Positions 49,548-63,750 of a DNA stretch of 64,000 bases are shown here, one piece after another. The stretch lies in the NCBI GenBank assembly GCA_965215125.1, contig OZ244052.1, positions 448,001 through 512,000 of the forward strand, given 5' to 3'. Position numbers and translations under genes: made by a program. The DNA is from an uncultured candidatus Porisulfidus sp. Lineage in GTDB: Bacteria > Pseudomonadota > Gammaproteobacteria > Poriferisulfidales > Oxydemutatoraceae. How positions within the stretch are numbered: position 1 is the first letter of the stretch; each line of letters opens with the position of its first letter. Under the pieces are notes generated by a model that saw only the letters and a program-made list of their open reading frames with translations, made no database searches and was not told where the DNA came from.

Positions 49548-52500
49548 GAGTGCTTTGCAGGTTCATTTCAAATGCATCCATTAAATTTTTCTCGGGAACA
49601 TCCCAAGCCGTGCCCGCCGGAATCAAGCGACCGACGATTACATTCTCCTTTAATCCCCTTAGCATATCTCGGGAACCTTTGATCGCCGATTCGGTCAATA
49701 TCTTCGTGGTCTCTTGGAAAGAAGCTGCGGAAATAAACGATTCGGTCGATAAAGAAGCTTTTTTGATGCCTTGTAGTAATGCCTCGTACTTAGCCGGTTT
49801 TTTGCCCGCAGCTTCAAGATTTTTATTAATCTCTGCGAGCTTGATTTTTTCTACGGTGTCGTCTACCAAATAATTGCTGTCGCCGGGGTTTACTATACGC
49901 ACCCTGCGCATCATCTGCCTGATAATGACTTCTATGTGCTTATCGTTAATTTTCACGCCTTGTAGTCTATAGACATCTTGTATTTCTTTGACCAAATAAT
50001 CTGCCATTTCGTTGATGCCCAGTAACCGTAAGATATCGTGCGGATTTCTCTCACCTTCGGATATGACCTCACCTTTCTCTACATACTCACCTTCGGCGAT
50101 TTCTATGCGACGCCATTTAGGCACCATTACATGATGCATTTCTTGCTTACCGGTGATAACTATTTTTTGCTTGCCGCGAATTTCTCTATCAAAACTAATA
50201 GTGCCCGAACACTCTGCCAAAATAGCCGCTTCTTGAGGAATGCGAGCCTCGAATAAATCGACAACTCTCGGCAAGCCTCCGGTGATATCACGTGTTTTAG
50301 AACTCTCTTGCGGAATACGAGCGATGGTGTCGCCGATATTGATCTTATCTCCATCGTCTACGGTGACTATCATGCCCGGCATCAACCGATAGTGTGCCGT
50401 TCTACCGTCGCCTAGCCTTATTTCCTTACCTTTTTGAGTGATAGAAATCGCCGGTGTTTGATCTTTTACCCCGGGCATGACCACATAGGTACTCATTCCG
50501 GTCATATCGTCGGTTTGTTTATAAACGGTGCTACCCTCGGTGAAATTTTCTAAACTAATTGTCCCTCTGGTTTCGGCAATGACCGGATGTGTATGGGGAT
50601 CCCAGTTGACAATGACCGTACCGGCTTGCACGGCATCTCCTTCTCTATGGCTCAAACGCGCACCGTAAGGAATTTTGTAACGTTCTCTCTCGTTACCCGC
50701 CTCCGTAACGATGCTAATCTCTCCGGATCGGGAGACAACGACGTAATCATCTTTGTGTTTTATCAGCTTGACTTTGTGTAGACGAATAATACCGTCGGTT
50801 TTGGGCGTAATACTATTGACCGAAACCGAACGGCTTACCGCACCGCCTATGTGAAAAGTTCTCATCGTCAGTTGGGTACCCGGCTCGCCTATAGATTGTG
50901 CGGCGATAATACCTACCGCTTCTCCTTCGCTCACTAAACTACCCCTAGCCAAATCGCGCCCATAACACATCGCACAAACACCGTGAGCAGACTCGCACGT
51001 AATAGGAGATCGCACTTTAATTTGGTCTACACCGTATTTCGTCAGCAACGCGACTTCTTTCTCGTCCAGCAACGTGTCTTTTTCAATAATTGTCTTTTTA
51101 TTCACTTTTAGATCTTCTGCGAGCACTCTGCCCAGAGCACGCTCGGACAAGCTCTCCACAACTTCCCCACCTTCTATATTAGACTTCAGATAGATACCTT
51201 CATTGGTGCCGCAGTCTTTCTCAATGACAATAACATCTTGTGATGCATCAACCAATCGGCGCGTTAAATAACCCGAGTTAGCCGTTTTAAGTGCGGTATC
51301 TGCAAGACCTTTGCGGGCACCGTGCGTAGAAATAAAGTACTGCAAAAGGTTTAATCCTTCTCGGAAATTTGCGGTAATCGGCGTTTCAATAATAGAACCG
51401 TCGGGTTTCGCCATTAGGCCGCGCATCCCGGCGAGTTGTCGAATCTGTGCAGCGGAACCGCGAGCTCCCGAGTCCGCCATCATAAATATAGAGTTGAACG
51501 AAGGTTGAGGGGACTTTTTACCTTTGTGATCCTTGACTATTTCGGTACTCAATTCGTCCATCATGTGGGATGCAATACGGTCGTTGGCATTAGACCAAAT
51601 ATCAACCGTTTTGTTATATTTTTCACCGCTGGTCACTAATCCTGCTGCGTACTGACGCTCTATATCTTTAACTTCGTTCTCTGCTTCGGTTAAAACAGCT
51701 TGTTTATCGCGAGGAATAACCATATCATCGACACCGAAAGAAATTCCCGCCTTTGTCGCATAATAAAAGCCGGTATACATTAGTTGGTCGGCAAAGACCG
51801 CAGTCGCCTTGAGCCCTGCTTCTCTATAACTCACATCTATAAGCTCCAGTATACGGCGTTTATCCAATACTCTATCAACCAATTCAAAAGCTAATTCCTC
51901 GGGTAAAATACGAGACAAGATGGCACGGCCGGTCGTGGTTTCGGTTAGCTGTAACCGACTTTTTCCCGGTATTTTCAGACGTACTTTAATTTTTGCATGC
52001 AAATCAACTTGCTTGGTTTCATAAGCTCGCTGGACTTCATCCAAATCGGCAAATAGACTTCCTTCGCCTTTGGCATTGATGCGCTCACGCGTCATATAAT
52101 ACAAACCCAAGACGATATCCTGCGTAGGAACGATGATAGGAGATCCACTCGCCGGTGAAAATATATTGTTGGTGGACATCATCAAGCAACGCGCTTCGGC
52201 TTGAGCCTCTAGAGACAAAGGCACATGCACCGCCATTTGATCGCCGTCAAAATCGGCATTAAAGGCGGTACAAACCAAAGGATGCAACTGTATTGCCTTG
52301 CCTTCGATCAAAATCGGTTCAAATGCTTGTATACCCAAGCGGTGCAGAGTCGGTGCTCGATTTAACAGCACCGGGTATTCTCTGATAATTTCGTCTAAGA
52401 CATCCCAAACTTCCGGACCTTGTTTTTCAACCAACTTCTTGGCATTTTTGATCGTGTCTACAACCCCTCTCAGATAGAGTTTGCTATAGATAAAAGGTCT

Positions 52501-53634
52501 AAACAACTCCAGTGCCATTTGTTTAGGTATCCCGCACTGATGGAGCTTTAGCGAAGGTCCTACGACAATGACCGAACGCCCGGAATAATCAACGCGCTTG
52601 CCGAGTAAGTTTTGGCGAAACCGTCCCTGTTTGCCCTTAATCATATCGGCTAGGGATTTCAGCTGTCGTTTATTGTTGGCAACGGCGACGCGACCACAAC
52701 GACCGTTATCGAGCAACGCATCGACCGATTCCTGTAACATACGCTTCTCGTTGCGCACGATAATATCGGGTGCCTTGATTTCGAGCAACCGTCTTAAACG
52801 ATTGTTTCGGTTAATGACCCTACGGTACAAATCGTTTAAGTCCGAACTTGCAAAACGACCGTCGCTCAAAGGCACCAGAGGACGCAAATCGGGCGGTAAT
52901 ATAGGCAACACCGTCAAAACCATCCATTCGGGCTTGTTACCCGATTCTATAAAAGATTTGACGAGTTTAAGACGCTTGGTCAAACGTTTGATCTTCGCCT
53001 CGGACTTGGTTTTGGAAATATTTTCCCGCAACTCTATAGTTTGTTTTTCTAAGTCCAAATCTTGGAGCAACCTCATAATGGCTTCCGCCCCCATACCGAC
53101 CTCGAACTGCTCGCCTTGTTCTTCGATGATGTCAAAGTATTCATCGTCGGTGAGTATTTGCTTTACTTTCAAGTCGGTCATGCCACTATCGAGTACTACA
53201 TGACTTTCAAAATACAAAACGCGCTCTATATCGCGCGGTGCCATATCGAGTAACAGCCCTATTTTGGAAGGAAGCGACTTAAGGAACCAAATATGGACGA
53301 CCGGGCTGGCAAGATCTATATGTCCCATCCGTTCTCGCCGGACACGCGAAAGGGTTACCTCAACGCCGCATTTTTCACAAACCACGCCGCGGTGTTTGAG
53401 ACGCTTATATTTACCGCACAGACATTCGTAATCTTTAATAGGTCCGAAAATTTTAGCGCAAAACAATCCGTCGCGCTCGGGTTTTAAGGTTCTATAGTTA
53501 ATCGTCTCCGGTTTTCTTACTTCGCCGTAAGACCATGAACGAATTTCATCCGGAGATGCAATACTAATCTTTAGAAAATTAAATTTTTTCTCGTCGTACT
53601 GCGATTTTTTTAGTATGTCAAATACACCTTTCAT
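49507..53634 (-). CDS. rpoC: RNA polymerase beta' subunit
   Basis: [35 protein letters not shown]. Confidence 0.99.
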   Translation of the reverse strand: MKGVFDILKKSQYDEKKFNFLKISIASPDEIRSWSYGEVRKPETINYRTLKPERDGLFCAKIFGPIKDYECLCGKYKRLKHRGVVCEKCGVEVTLSRVRRERMGHIDLASPVVHIWFLKSLPSKIGLLLDMAPRDIERVLYFESHVVLDSGMTDLKVKQILTDDEYFDIIEEQGEQFEVGMGAEAIMRLLQDLDLEKQTIELRENISKTKSEAKIKRLTKRLKLVKSFIESGNKPEWMVLTVLPILPPDLRPLVPLSDGRFASSDLNDLYRRVINRNNRLRRLLEIKAPDIIVRNEKRMLQESVDALLDNGRCGRVAVANNKRQLKSLADMIKGKQGRFRQNLLGKRVDYSGRSVIVVGPSLKLHQCGIPKQMALELFRPFIYSKLYLRGVVDTIKNAKKLVEKQGPEVWDVLDEIIREYPVLLNRAPTLHRLGIQAFEPILIEGKAIQLHPLVCTAFNADFDGDQMAVHVPLSLEAQAEARCLMMSTNNIFSPASGSPIIVPTQDIVLGLYYMTRERINAKGEGSLFADLDEVQRAYETKQVDLHAKIKVRLKIPGKSRLQLTETTTGRAILSRILPEELAFELVDRVLDKRRILELIDVSYREAGLKATAVFADQLMYTGFYYATKAGISFGVDDMVIPRDKQAVLTEAENEVKDIERQYAAGLVTSGEKYNKTVDIWSNANDRIASHMMDELSTEIVKDHKGKKSPQPSFNSIFMMADSGARGSAAQIRQLAGMRGLMAKPDGSIIETPITANFREGLNLLQYFISTHGARKGLADTALKTANSGYLTRRLVDASQDVIVIEKDCGTNEGIYLKSNIEGGEVVESLSERALGRVLAEDLKVNKKTIIEKDTLLDEKEVALLTKYGVDQIKVRSPITCESAHGVCAMCYGRDLARGSLVSEGEAVGIIAAQSIGEPGTQLTMRTFHIGGAVSRSVSVNSITPKTDGIIRLHKVKLIKHKDDYVVVSRSGEISIVTEAGNERERYKIPYGARLSHREGDAVQAGTVIVNWDPHTHPVIAETRGTISLENFTEGSTVYKQTDDMTGMSTYVVMPGVKDQTPAISITQKGKEIRLGDGRTAHYRLMPGMIVTVDDGDKINIGDTIARIPQESSKTRDITGGLPRVVDLFEARIPQEAAILAECSGTISFDREIRGKQKIVITGKQEMHHVMVPKWRRIEIAEGEYVEKGEVISEGERNPHDILRLLGINEMADYLVKEIQDVYRLQGVKINDKHIEVIIRQMMRRVRIVNPGDSNYLVDDTVEKIKLAEINKNLEAAGKKPAKYEALLQGIKKASLSTESFISAASFQETTKILTESAIKGSRDMLRGLKENVIVGRLIPAGTAWDVPEKNLMDAFEMNLQSTLEKEDAKTAEDTV

Positions 53635-56600
53635 CTACTTCTCTCCTTAATAATCTTAAGACTCTTAGACTCTTTCTGCTCGAGATCCATATTGAGACCT
53701 AAAGAACGTATTTCTTTGACCAAAACATTAAAAGACTCGGGAATATTCGCTTCGACATTGCAGTTGTTATTGACTATGCTTTTGTACACTTTATTCCGTC
53801 CGCGTACATCGTCCGACTTAACGGTCAGCATCTCTTGCAAAACATGCGCAGCACCATAAGCCTCGAGTGCCCATACCTCCATCTCACCGAAACGCTGCCC
53901 GCCGAACTGTGCTTTACCTCCCAAAGGATGCTGAGTAATCATGCTATAAGGGCCTGTGGCACGTGCATGCATTTTGTCGTCAACCATATGATTTAACTTC
54001 ATAATATACATATAGCCAACCGTAATCGGTCTGTCGAATAAATCGCCGGTTCGCCCATCTTGCAAAACTGCCTGTCCGGATTCCGGCAATTCGGCCAAAG
54101 ACAACATGCCTTTTACTTCCTTTTCTTTAACACCGTCGAAAACCGGTGTTGCAATAGGTATGCCATTGCTTAAATTATCGGCTAAACTTAATATTTCCTT
54201 ATCTTTGATCTTTTGCAAGTTTTCCCTGTGAACCATATCGCCTTCGTTATAATCATAAATTTTCTGGAGGAAATTGCGTATCGTAGATGCTTTATCGCCG
54301 CCGCTACGCATCTTTCCGATATTCCATCCCAAAGCCTTGGCAGCCCACCCTAAGTGAGTCTCTAATACTTGCCCGACATTCATCCGAGAAGGCACACCTA
54401 GCGGATTCAATACAATATCCACCGGCGTGCCGTCTTCTAAATAAGGCATATCTTCGGTAGGGACTATCGCCGACACGACCCCTTTGTTACCATGCCGACC
54501 GGCGAGTTTATCCCCCGGTTGTATGCGCCGTTTGACCGCTAGATAAACCTTGACCGTTTTCAAAATATCGGGCGGCATCACATCGCCGGCTTGTAACTTA
54601 TCCTGCTTTTTCTTGAAATTCGCTTCTAATCGCGCCCGTTGCTCTTTCAAACGCTTTGCCAATTTTTCCAGCTGCAAACTCACTTCATCGTTTTGCATCC
54701 GTATGCTAAACCATTTGTCGCGCTCCAGTTGGTCCAAGTAAGGCTGTGTGACTTTCATGCCTTTTTCCAATGCATTCGGACCCCCGGCTACGATCTTGTT
54801 GAAGATTAAATTTTTAACCCGATTGAAAACATCGTTTTCGTAGATACGCAACTCGTCGTTATAGTCTTTGCGCGCCTTTTCTATCTCCTGCTTTTGTATC
54901 TCTTTCGCACGATTATCCTTGGGGATGTCTTCCCGAGTGAAAATTTTAACGTCGACGACAGTACCCTCTATACCGGAAGGCACGCGTAAAGAATTGTTCT
55001 TTACATCCGAAGCCTTTTCGTCGAATATCGCCTGTAGCAATTTTTCTTCCGGCGTTAAAGGACTCTCGCTCTTCGGTGTCACTTTGCCGACTAAAATATC
55101 ACCGGATTTGACTTCGGCACCCATATAAACGACACCGGAATCATCTAATTTAGATAATAGACTTTCGCTAACATTCGGTATATCGGCAGTAATTTCTTCG
55201 TCACCCAGCTTGGTGCTGCGTGCCACGCAAGTAAGTTCCTCTATATGAATAGAAGTAAAACTATCTTCCTCTACGACGCGATCGGAAATGAGTATGGAGT
55301 CTTCATAGTTGTAACCGTTCCACGGCATAAAAGCTACCAATACATTCTTGCCCAAAGCCAACTCTCCTAAATCGGTTGCCGAACCGTCGGCTAAAACATC
55401 TCCTTGCTCTATCGTATCACCGACTTTGACCAAAGGACGCTGATTGATGCAGGTGTTATAGTTTGAACGCATATATTTGGTCAGTTCATAAATATCTACA
55501 CCTGCTTCGTCGGCAGAAACTTCTTTATCGTCCACTCGTACGACAATCCGTGCTGCGTCCACCGTATCAACTACACCACCTCGGCGAGCTACCAATAGCG
55601 CACCCGAATCGGTTGCGACAGTCGCCTCCAAACCTGTTCCCACCAAAGGCTTTTCGCTGGTCAGTAGCGGTACCGCCTGACGCTGCATATTGGATCCCAT
55701 CAATGCACGGTTTGCATCGTCGTGTTCCAAAAACGGAATAAGTGCCGCCGCTGCCGAAGCAATCTGCTTTGGGGAAACATCTATTAATTGCACCTTATCC
55801 GGTGGAAATAAGCTAAATTCGTTATTTTTTCTACACGAAACAAATTCTCCGACTAATTTGTTTTGCTCGTCGACTTCGGCATTTGCTTGCGCAATGACAT
55901 ACTCTCCTTCTTCTATCGCAGATAAAAATCGAACTTTATCGGTGACTACGGAATTCTTAACTTCCAAATAACAAGTTTCTATAAAACCGTAATTGTTAGG
56001 ATGTGCATAGACTGCCAGTGAGTTAATCAATCCGATATTAGCCCCTTCGGGGGTTTCTATAGGACACAATCGACCGTAGTGCGTGGGATGCACATCTCGG
56101 ACCTCAAAACCGGCGTGTTCGCGTGCCAATCCACCCGGACCGAGTGCCGAAATCCGACGTTTGTGGGTGATCTCGGACAGCGGATTATTCTGCTCCATAA
56201 ATTGCGACAGTTGACTAGAACCGAAAAATTCTTTTATCGATGCCGAAACAGGTTTTGAGTTAACTAAATCCTTGGGCTTCAATTTGTCAACTTCTGCCGT
56301 TGCCAGACGTTCTCTAACGACATGCTCAACCCGAACCAAGCCGATTCGCAATGCGTTGCCTACCATTTCACCCACACAGCGTACTCGGCGATTTCCCAAG
56401 TGGTCAATATCGTCCACCGAACCTTCACCGTTATGTATGCTTATGAGTGTTGCGATGACATCGACGATATCCTTCTTGTCTAATGTGTTTGCACCGGACT
56501 TCGAAGTTCTTTTCAGACGACTGTTGAATTTCATGCGTCCCACTTCGGACAGATTGTAACGAGCCGGGTTACTGAATAGATCCACAAATCTAGTTTTGGC

Positions 56601-57764
56601 ATGTTCTTCCGGGGGTTGTTTCTCACCCGGATGCATCCTGCAGTAAATCTCAAAATAAGATGCCAGCTGTGTACGAGGACATATATCGATGTTTAGAGTG
56701 TCCGAAATATAAGGTCCGCGATTGATATCGTTCACATAAATTATTTCAAAACTGTCTATGCCCGAAGCCTCAAATTTTCTCAACCAAGCTTCGGTTATCT
56801 CTTCGTTGACTCTTGCCAGCAGTTCACCGGTTTTAGGATCGACAATGTCTTTCGCATGTACCCTGCCGAATAGGTATGTGCGAGGAATTATCAGCTTTTT
56901 CAGTCTGGATTTTTCCAGCTCTTTAATGTGTGAAATATTGATACGTCTATTGGCTTTGATGATTATGCGAGACGGGGTCTCTATAGCAAAATCCAAAGTC
57001 TGACCTCGCAAACGCTCGGGCACGAGTTCCATGCTATAGGTACCCTTTTCGTATTTAATGGTTTCCAACTCGAAGAAAGTGCTCAATATTTCCTCGTCGC
57101 TCATCCCTAAAGCTCTAAGAAAAACCGTAACGGGTATTTTGCAACGCCTATCTATACGGACATACAAACAATCCTTAGAGTCAAATTCAAAATCCAACCA
57201 AGAACCGCGATAAGGAATGATTCGCGCAGTATAGGTGGACTTACCCGCACCTTGTGTTTTTCTTTTATCGTGTTCAAAAAAGACACCCGGAGAACGATGC
57301 AACTGTGACACTACGACACGCTCGGTTCCATTGATAACGAAAGTTCCGGTATCGGTCATCAACGGCAACTCACCCATATAGACTTCTTGCTCCTTAACTT
57401 CTTTAGGCGCGCCTATTTTGTTCCCGGCTTTCCTCTCATAAAATATCAAACGCATCGTAACATGAAGAATCGCTGCATAAGTACGCCCCCTCAACTGACA
57501 TTCCCTAACATCAAAGAGCGGGTCGCTTAGACGATAGCTGACAAATTCAATAGTTGCCGTCTTGGAATGACTCACTATCGGAAATATAGATTTGAATATA
57601 GCTTGCAAACCTATATCTTTTCTATCCTTTTCGGCTATGTCGCTTTGTAAAAAGTCTTGATATGAAGATATCTGCATCTGCAACATATAAGGAATATGAT
57701 GTCTTTCCACAAATTTTCCGAAACGTTTGCGTATGCGCTTCTTCGCTGTATAGCTATAAGACAT
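53631..57764 (-). CDS. rpoB: RNA polymerase beta subunit
   Basis: [41 protein letters not shown]. Confidence 0.99.
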   Translation of the reverse strand: MSYSYTAKKRIRKRFGKFVERHHIPYMLQMQISSYQDFLQSDIAEKDRKDIGLQAIFKSIFPIVSHSKTATIEFVSYRLSDPLFDVRECQLRGRTYAAILHVTMRLIFYERKAGNKIGAPKEVKEQEVYMGELPLMTDTGTFVINGTERVVVSQLHRSPGVFFEHDKRKTQGAGKSTYTARIIPYRGSWLDFEFDSKDCLYVRIDRRCKIPVTVFLRALGMSDEEILSTFFELETIKYEKGTYSMELVPERLRGQTLDFAIETPSRIIIKANRRINISHIKELEKSRLKKLIIPRTYLFGRVHAKDIVDPKTGELLARVNEEITEAWLRKFEASGIDSFEIIYVNDINRGPYISDTLNIDICPRTQLASYFEIYCRMHPGEKQPPEEHAKTRFVDLFSNPARYNLSEVGRMKFNSRLKRTSKSGANTLDKKDIVDVIATLISIHNGEGSVDDIDHLGNRRVRCVGEMVGNALRIGLVRVEHVVRERLATAEVDKLKPKDLVNSKPVSASIKEFFGSSQLSQFMEQNNPLSEITHKRRISALGPGGLAREHAGFEVRDVHPTHYGRLCPIETPEGANIGLINSLAVYAHPNNYGFIETCYLEVKNSVVTDKVRFLSAIEEGEYVIAQANAEVDEQNKLVGEFVSCRKNNEFSLFPPDKVQLIDVSPKQIASAAAALIPFLEHDDANRALMGSNMQRQAVPLLTSEKPLVGTGLEATVATDSGALLVARRGGVVDTVDAARIVVRVDDKEVSADEAGVDIYELTKYMRSNYNTCINQRPLVKVGDTIEQGDVLADGSATDLGELALGKNVLVAFMPWNGYNYEDSILISDRVVEEDSFTSIHIEELTCVARSTKLGDEEITADIPNVSESLLSKLDDSGVVYMGAEVKSGDILVGKVTPKSESPLTPEEKLLQAIFDEKASDVKNNSLRVPSGIEGTVVDVKIFTREDIPKDNRAKEIQKQEIEKARKDYNDELRIYENDVFNRVKNLIFNKIVAGGPNALEKGMKVTQPYLDQLERDKWFSIRMQNDEVSLQLEKLAKRLKEQRARLEANFKKKQDKLQAGDVMPPDILKTVKVYLAVKRRIQPGDKLAGRHGNKGVVSAIVPTEDMPYLEDGTPVDIVLNPLGVPSRMNVGQVLETHLGWAAKALGWNIGKMRSGGDKASTIRNFLQKIYDYNEGDMVHRENLQKIKDKEILSLADNLSNGIPIATPVFDGVKEKEVKGMLSLAELPESGQAVLQDGRTGDLFDRPITVGYMYIMKLNHMVDDKMHARATGPYSMITQHPLGGKAQFGGQRFGEMEVWALEAYGAAHVLQEMLTVKSDDVRGRNKVYKSIVNNNCNVEANIPESFNVLVKEIRSLGLNMDLEQKESKSLKIIKERSR

Positions 57765-57868
57765 GTGTTAGTCCCCTATGACGGTGATTGCTCGGTGTCG
57801 CGCAATATCGTACACTGGCTGCGTCGCACGCAGCCGGCTTAAATATCATAAACTGCAATTGATTCTGC

Positions 57869-58246
57869 TTATTTAAGTTCAACGGAAGCCCCTGCCTCTT
57901 CCAGTTGCTTCTTCATTTCTTCGGCTTCTTCGGTTGCTACCCCCTCTTTAACGGTGGCTGGTGCGCCCTCAACCAGATCTTTAGCCTCTTTGAGACCTAG
58001 GCTGGTAGCCGCCCTAACTGCTTTGATTACCGCAACTTTGTTATCGCCAAAACCGGTCAATACGACATCAAAAGCACTTTTAGCTTCCTCTTCCGCATCT
58101 GTAGCACCACCGACAGCGACCGGTGCCGCTGCAACCGCAGCCGCCGACACACCGAATTTTTCTTCCATCGCCGAAACTAAATCAACAACTTCCATAACCG
58201 ACATATTAGAAATAGCGTCTAGTATCTCTTCTCTTGAAACAGCCAT
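57869..58246 (-). CDS. rplL: 50S ribosomal protein L7/L12
   Basis: [21 protein letters not shown]. Confidence 0.98.
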   Translation of the reverse strand: MAVSREEILDAISNMSVMEVVDLVSAMEEKFGVSAAAVAAAPVAVGGATDAEEEAKSAFDVVLTGFGDNKVAVIKAVRAATSLGLKEAKDLVEGAPATVKEGVATEEAEEMKKQLEEAGASVELK

Positions 58247-58291
58247 TTTATTTACTCCTTACTCTATTTATAAATGAACAACTTAAAATCT

Positions 58292-58819
58292 TTAACTTTG
58301 CTCTTTTAGCTCGCGTGTCGCTGCCACGACACGTACTACTTGCACCACAGGTGCTTGAATCGTTCTTAGCAATTTCTCTATCGGTGCCTTCATAACCGCC
58401 ATCATCAAACCAAGTGCTTGTTCGTAAGTCGGCAATTCGGCAAGTTTCTTAAGTTTTGAAATATCGTGTAGCTCACCGTCTAAGGAAATTAGTTTAACTT
58501 CAATATCTTTAATCTCCTTAACAAGACTATGGATGATGCGCGCAGCAGCAGCAGGGTCATCCAACGAAAAGGCAACCATCATAGGTCCCGATAAGTGTTC
58601 GTTCATACAAGCGAAGGGCGTGTCCGCTAGCGCGCGTTGGGCAAGATTATTTTTGATCACCCGAATACGCACACTCTGCTCGCGCGCCTGCTTGCGCAAA
58701 TCGGTCATTCGATTTGCAGCAATGCCGTGATAATCTATGGCTACGGCGGATTTAGCGTCTGCAGCTATTGCTGCAACTTCCTCGACTATTCGTTTTTTGT
58801 CTTCGATCTTTAATGCCAT
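58292..58819 (-). CDS. rplJ: 50S ribosomal protein L10
   Basis: MALKIEDKK, VIKNNLA, LAELPT; operon position. Confidence 0.96.
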   Translation of the reverse strand: MALKIEDKKRIVEEVAAIAADAKSAVAIDYHGIAANRMTDLRKQAREQSVRIRVIKNNLAQRALADTPFACMNEHLSGPMMVAFSLDDPAAAARIIHSLVKEIKDIEVKLISLDGELHDISKLKKLAELPTYEQALGLMMAVMKAPIEKLLRTIQAPVVQVVRVVAATRELKEQS

Positions 58820-58826
58820 TTTTCCT

Positions 58827-59522
58827 TCAAATTGATAGACAACTACGGTCTATGGTCAAACCCGGCCCCATCGTTGAAGAGACACTTACTTTCTTCAAGT
58901 ATTGGCCTTTAGCAGAAGCCGGTTTTGCTTTAATTACATCACTCAATAGAGTATTGAAATTCTCTTCCAGTTGTTGTGCAGAAAAGGTTCGGCTACCTAT
59001 ACTACAGTGCAATATGCCCGCTTTATCTACGCGATATTTGGCTCGCCCCGCTTTTATACTACGCACCGTCTCGCCGATATCCTTGCTCACCGTACCGTCC
59101 TTAGGGTTCGGCATCAAACCGCGAGGTCCTAATATCTGTCCTATACCGCCGACCACCGGCATTACATCGGGAGAAGCAACAACCGCATCGTAATTAAAAT
59201 CTCCTTGCTTCGCTTTCTCCACCAAATCTTGCAAGCCGACTACATCGGCACCCGCTGCTTCGGCTATCGTGACCTGCTCGCCTTGGGTAAAAACCGCAAC
59301 TTTCACCTGCTTACCTAAACCGTGCGGCAAAGCGGTTGAACCGCGGACCAGCTGATCGTTCTTGCGCGCGTCGACACCCAGCCTAATACTCACATCTATA
59401 GACTCGTCAAACTTAACGCTTGAACATTCCTTCAACAGATCAAAGGCTTCCGATAAGGAATAAAATTCTTGCCTTTCGCACTTCTCTTTTATCGCCTTCA
59501 TTCTTTTTGATAATCTAGCCAT
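58827..59522 (-). CDS. rplA: 50S ribosomal protein L1
   Basis: KFDESID, LGPRGLMPNPK, SSTMGPG. Confidence 0.98.
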   Translation of the reverse strand: MARLSKRMKAIKEKCERQEFYSLSEAFDLLKECSSVKFDESIDVSIRLGVDARKNDQLVRGSTALPHGLGKQVKVAVFTQGEQVTIAEAAGADVVGLQDLVEKAKQGDFNYDAVVASPDVMPVVGGIGQILGPRGLMPNPKDGTVSKDIGETVRSIKAGRAKYRVDKAGILHCSIGSRTFSAQQLEENFNTLLSDVIKAKPASAKGQYLKKVSVSSTMGPGLTIDRSCLSI

Positions 59523-59524
59523 AA

Positions 59525-59956
59525 CTAAATTCCCTCAACCGTGATACCCATACTGCGCGCACTACCGGCAATGGTTCTAACCGCTGCGTCGATCTCCGCC
59601 GCAGTCAGGTCGGCTTGCTTGGTCTTGACTATTTCCTCTATTTGCGCACGAGTGACTTTGCCCACCTTTTCCATATTAGGCGTACCGCTACCTTTAGCGA
59701 TGCCGGCAGCTTTTTTCAACAACACCGTTGCCGGGGGCGATTTAATAATGAAACTAAAACTGCGGTCATCGTATACCGTAATCACTACCGGCACCGGCAT
59801 TCCTTTTTCAAAGTCACCGGTGCGACCGTTAAATTCCTTACAAAAATCCTGTATCGGCAAGCCGTGCTGCCCCAAAGCAGGACCCACCGGAGGGCTTGGG
59901 TTAGCCTCGCCTGCGGGTATCTGCAACTTTATATAAGTTTTTACTTCTGCTGCCAT
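59525..59956 (-). CDS. rplK: 50S ribosomal protein L11
   Basis: [22 protein letters not shown]. Confidence 0.98.
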   Translation of the reverse strand: MAAEVKTYIKLQIPAGEANPSPPVGPALGQHGLPIQDFCKEFNGRTGDFEKGMPVPVVITVYDDRSFSFIIKSPPATVLLKKAAGIAKGSGTPNMEKVGKVTRAQIEEIVKTKQADLTAAEIDAAVRTIAGSARSMGITVEGI

Positions 59957-59967
59957 ATTCTATGCCT

Positions 59968-60504
59968 CTAAATCTTCTCAACCTGATTAAAGGTAATCTC
60001 CACCGGGGTAGAACGGCCGAAAATCTGCACACTCACCTGCAGCCTATTCTTTTCGTAATCCACCTCTTCGACAACGCCGTTAAAATCGTTAAAAGGCCCT
60101 CCGGTCACGCGGATTACCTCACCAACCTCATACAGTATCTTGGGTTTAGGCTTGCTTGCATCTTCTTTTATACGACTGATGATACTCTTAATTTCCTTAT
60201 CCGGAACCGGTGTAGGCCTGCTCGGTGAACTACCGATAAAACCTACAACTCTAGGCACACCGTTCACCAAATGCCAGGTGCGTTCGTCCATAACCATCTC
60301 TATTAACACATAACCGGGAAAAAATTTTCGTTCCACTTGATGTTTTTTTCCCGAACGCATCTCAATCACGGTCTCTTTGGGTATCATAATTTCGCCGAAA
60401 CAGTCCTCCATTTTGTCTCGCTGTACTCTCTCTTCCAAAGATTTCTTTACCGAACTCTCGTATCCGGAGTATGTCTGCACTGCGTACCATTCCATTTTAG
60501 TCAT
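59968..60504 (-). CDS. nusG: Transcription termination/antitermination factor NusG
   Basis: WYAVQTYSGYE, FFPGYV, GPFNDF, IFGRSTPVE. Confidence 0.98.
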   Translation of the reverse strand: MTKMEWYAVQTYSGYESSVKKSLEERVQRDKMEDCFGEIMIPKETVIEMRSGKKHQVERKFFPGYVLIEMVMDERTWHLVNGVPRVVGFIGSSPSRPTPVPDKEIKSIISRIKEDASKPKPKILYEVGEVIRVTGGPFNDFNGVVEEVDYEKNRLQVSVQIFGRSTPVEITFNQVEKI

Positions 60505-60507
60505 TAT

Positions 60508-60867
60508 TCACTTAATAACGATTTGCATAAACCAAGCTAAAAACAAATCCAGTGCCCACAAAAAGAGAGCCACTATTAAAACAACGGCAAAGATCAGTAA
60601 AGTTGTATGAATGGTCTCGGCCTTTGTAGGCCATACCGTTTTTTGCAACTCAACCTGCGCACCCTGCAAAAAAATCGCCGTATTCTTACCTGGTTTTGTT
60701 AAAAAGAATAATACGACAGCGACCACAACCATTGCGAGTATAGCAAGCACGCGATACAGCAATATCTCATCCGACAAATAATAGAATAGGGCAAGTCCTA
60801 CCGCTAAAGACAGAAACACACCTGCCAATTTAATGCGGTCCATCAATAAATCATTCGTGTTTGCCAT
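60508..60867 (-). CDS. secE: Preprotein translocase subunit SecE
   Basis: Three TMs, ELQKTVWPT. Confidence 0.95.
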   Translation of the reverse strand: MANTNDLLMDRIKLAGVFLSLAVGLALFYYLSDEILLYRVLAILAMVVVAVVLFFLTKPGKNTAIFLQGAQVELQKTVWPTKAETIHTTLLIFAVVLIVALFLWALDLFLAWFMQIVIK

Positions 60868-60900
60868 TGTATGTCCTCCTTAATTAAGTCGCCGAACTCC

Positions 60901-60975
<75 letters not shown>

Positions 60976-61033
60976 ATTATGACCCCATAAACTATACATC
61001 ATAGAAAACGCTGCAATTTATTCAGCTAACAGT

Positions 61034-62227
61034 TTATTCTATGATTTTAGCTACTACGCCTGCGCCTACCGTGCGACCCCCTTCCCTGATCGCAAAACGC
61101 AAACCCTCTTCCATCGCAATAGGTCCTATTAAACTCACCGCCATCTTTACATTGTCCCCCGGCATCACCATCTCTACACCGGCCTCCAATTCTACCGCAC
61201 CGGTCACATCCGTCGTCCTAAAATAAAACTGCGGTCTGTAGCCTTTGAAAAACGGCGTGTGCCGACCGCCTTCCTCTTTAGACAATATATACACCTCCGC
61301 CTCGAACTTCTTGTGCGGCGTGATCGAACCCGGCTTGCACAACACCTGACCTCGCTCTACTTCCTCTCGCTTCGTCCCTCGCAACAACACCCCGACATTG
61401 TCTCCGGCACGACCTTCGTCCAACAGCTTCCTGAACATCTCTACCCCCGTACAGGTCGTCTTGTTCGTGTCTCTTATTCCTACAATCTCTATCTCGTCTC
61501 CTACTTTCACAATCCCTCGCTCTATGCGACCGGTCACCACCGTCCCCCGTCCCGATATCGAGAATACATCTTCCACCGGCATCAGATAGTCTCCGTCTAT
61601 CGCTCGCTCCGGCTCCGGGATATACTTGTCCATCTCCGTTATCAACTGCTCTATCGACGGCACACCCATCTCCGAGCTGTCTCCTTCCAACGCCTTCAGT
61701 GCCGAACCCGTCACAATCGGAATATCGTCTCCCGGAAACTCGTAGTTGGACAACAACTCGCGCACTTCCATCTCTACCAACTCCATCAACTCCTTATCGT
61801 CTACCATGTCCGCTTTGTTCAAATACACGACGATATGCGGCACACCCACTTGGCGTGCCAACAAAATATGCTCTCGCGTCTGGGGCATCGGACCATCCGC
61901 CGCACTCACCACCAAAATCGCACCGTCCATCTGTGCTGCGCCGGTTATCATGTTCTTGATATAGTCGGCGTGCCCCGGACAATCCACATGCGCATAGTGC
62001 CTCGCTTCCGATTCATACTCTACATGTGCCGTCGCTATCGTTATCCCTCGCTCTCGTTCCTCCGGCGCATTGTCTATCTGCTCATACGAACGATACTCGC
62101 CGGCACCCTGCTGATCCAACATCACTTTAGTCATCGCCGCCGTCAATGTCGTCTTGCCGTGATCTACATGCCCTATGGTTCCCACATTCACATGCGGCTT
62201 CGTTCTTTCAAATTTCTCTTTAGACAT
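61034..62227 (-). CDS. tuf: Elongation factor Tu
   Basis: [31 protein letters not shown]. Confidence 0.99.
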   Translation of the reverse strand: MSKEKFERTKPHVNVGTIGHVDHGKTTLTAAMTKVMLDQQGAGEYRSYEQIDNAPEERERGITIATAHVEYESEARHYAHVDCPGHADYIKNMITGAAQMDGAILVVSAADGPMPQTREHILLARQVGVPHIVVYLNKADMVDDKELMELVEMEVRELLSNYEFPGDDIPIVTGSALKALEGDSSEMGVPSIEQLITEMDKYIPEPERAIDGDYLMPVEDVFSISGRGTVVTGRIERGIVKVGDEIEIVGIRDTNKTTCTGVEMFRKLLDEGRAGDNVGVLLRGTKREEVERGQVLCKPGSITPHKKFEAEVYILSKEEGGRHTPFFKGYRPQFYFRTTDVTGAVELEAGVEMVMPGDNVKMAVSLIGPIAMEEGLRFAIREGGRTVGAGVVAKIIE

Positions 62228-62253
62228 AATTTATTCCTATACTAAGTTATTGA

Positions 62254-62328
<75 letters not shown>

Positions 62329-62353
62329 GAGCAAACGAGGGCCGCAAAACATC

Positions 62354-62427
<74 letters not shown>

Positions 62428-62496
62428 CATTATAACTATAACTAAAGATCCCACTACACTGCTCTTTATCATCACTTCCACTAAGCCGGCCATAAC

Positions 62497-62578
62497 TGGA
62501 GGGGGTAGGATTTGAACCTACGAAGGCATAGCCAGCAGATTTACAGTCTGCCCCCGTTGACCGCTTGGGTACCCCTCC
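62497..62578 (-). tRNA. tRNA-Tyr(GTA), CCA not encoded
   Basis: GGAGGGGTACCCAAGCGG...GACTGTAAATC, long variable arm, GTTCAAATC...CCCCTCCA. Confidence 0.97.
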
Positions 62579-62596
62579 ACAATTAGTGAATTGCGG

Positions 62597-62625
62597 ATTA
62601 TCCCAAAAAATCAAGCGATTTGCAA
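62597..62625 (-). promoter_or_regulatory. sigma70 promoter of the tRNA-tuf operon
   Basis: TTGCAA-17-GATAAT followed by a GC-rich discriminator CCGC. Confidence 0.7.
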
Positions 62626-62693
62626 GTATAACATATTTTTAATGTACATGCTAGAATAAAGAATAATATTGTAAAAGGGGGATATTTATAGCG

Positions 62694-63668
62694 ATGAACA
62701 ATACAAAACCACTTAAAGTAGCGATTACCGGTGCAGCCGGCAACATCGGTTATGCACTTGCTTTTAGAATTGCAAGCGGCGCGATGCTGGGTTCTCATCC
62801 CGTTATACTACGCCTGATTGAGGTCAAACAAGCCGAGAAACAACTCAATGGTGTGATGATGGAACTGGACGACTGCGCTTTTCCTTTACTCGATGCCTGC
62901 ATCGGTACGAGTGACACGGAGGCGGGTATGGAAGATGTGGATATTGCTATCCTGGTCGGATCGAAACCTCGAGGACCGGGCATGGAGCGCAAAGACTTAT
63001 TGAAAGATAACGGTGAAATTTTCAAGCGTCAAGGACAGATATTAAATGCAGTTGCATCCAGAGAAGTCAGAGTGCTCGTCGTCGGCAACCCGGCGAATAC
63101 CAACGCACTCATCGTATACCGGAATGCGCCGCATCTAAACCCCAAGCAATTTAGCTGTATGACGCGATTAGACCACAATCGGGCATTGACGATGATGGCC
63201 AAAAAATACGACACAGCCGTTGAGCAGGTAAAGAAAATGATTATTTGGGGAAATCACTCGGCAACCCAATTTCCCGATCCACTGCACTGCGAAATAGATG
63301 CAAAAGCCATACAGCCGGATCACGACTGGGTGGAACAAGAATTTGTTCCTGCAGTGCAACAGCGCGGTGCAAAAGTTATAGAAGCACGCGGCGCATCATC
63401 GGCGGGCTCTGCGGCAAACGCAATCGTCGATCATGTACGCGATTGGACCTTAGGCACCGCCGAGAACGATTGGGTTAGCATGGGAGTCGTCTCCGACGGT
63501 CATTACGGCATAGAACCCGGCATCATCTATTCCTTCCCGGTTACTACGAAGAACGGACAATGGCGTATCGTGCCCGACCTAGCGGTCAACGACTTTGAGA
63601 CTAAAATGATGTTAGAGACCGAAAAAGAATTGAACGAAGAACGTTCGACTGTTGCACACTTACTCTAA
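62694..63668 (+). CDS. mdh: Malate dehydrogenase
   Basis: [48 protein letters not shown]. Confidence 0.97.
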   Translation: MNNTKPLKVAITGAAGNIGYALAFRIASGAMLGSHPVILRLIEVKQAEKQLNGVMMELDDCAFPLLDACIGTSDTEAGMEDVDIAILVGSKPRGPGMERKDLLKDNGEIFKRQGQILNAVASREVRVLVVGNPANTNALIVYRNAPHLNPKQFSCMTRLDHNRALTMMAKKYDTAVEQVKKMIIWGNHSATQFPDPLHCEIDAKAIQPDHDWVEQEFVPAVQQRGAKVIEARGASSAGSAANAIVDHVRDWTLGTAENDWVSMGVVSDGHYGIEPGIIYSFPVTTKNGQWRIVPDLAVNDFETKMMLETEKELNEERSTVAHLL

Positions 63669-63714
63669 GTTATTTCAGTTTCTAGGGGATTTGTTATATT
63701 GTTGCGATTTACTC

Positions 63715-63744
63715 CAGGGGGTGGGGTTAATAGCCCCACCCCTG
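63715..63744. terminator. GC-rich hairpin between convergent genes
   Basis: CAGGGG(G)TGGGGT-taat-AGCCCCACCCCTG; no clear U-tract. Confidence 0.55.
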
Positions 63745-63750
63745 TATACA

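Noticed and set aside
61259-62245. 328-aa + strand ORF
   Set aside because: Antisense shadow of tuf produced by its biased codon usage. The same applies to 52598-53203 and the other ORFs opposite core genes.
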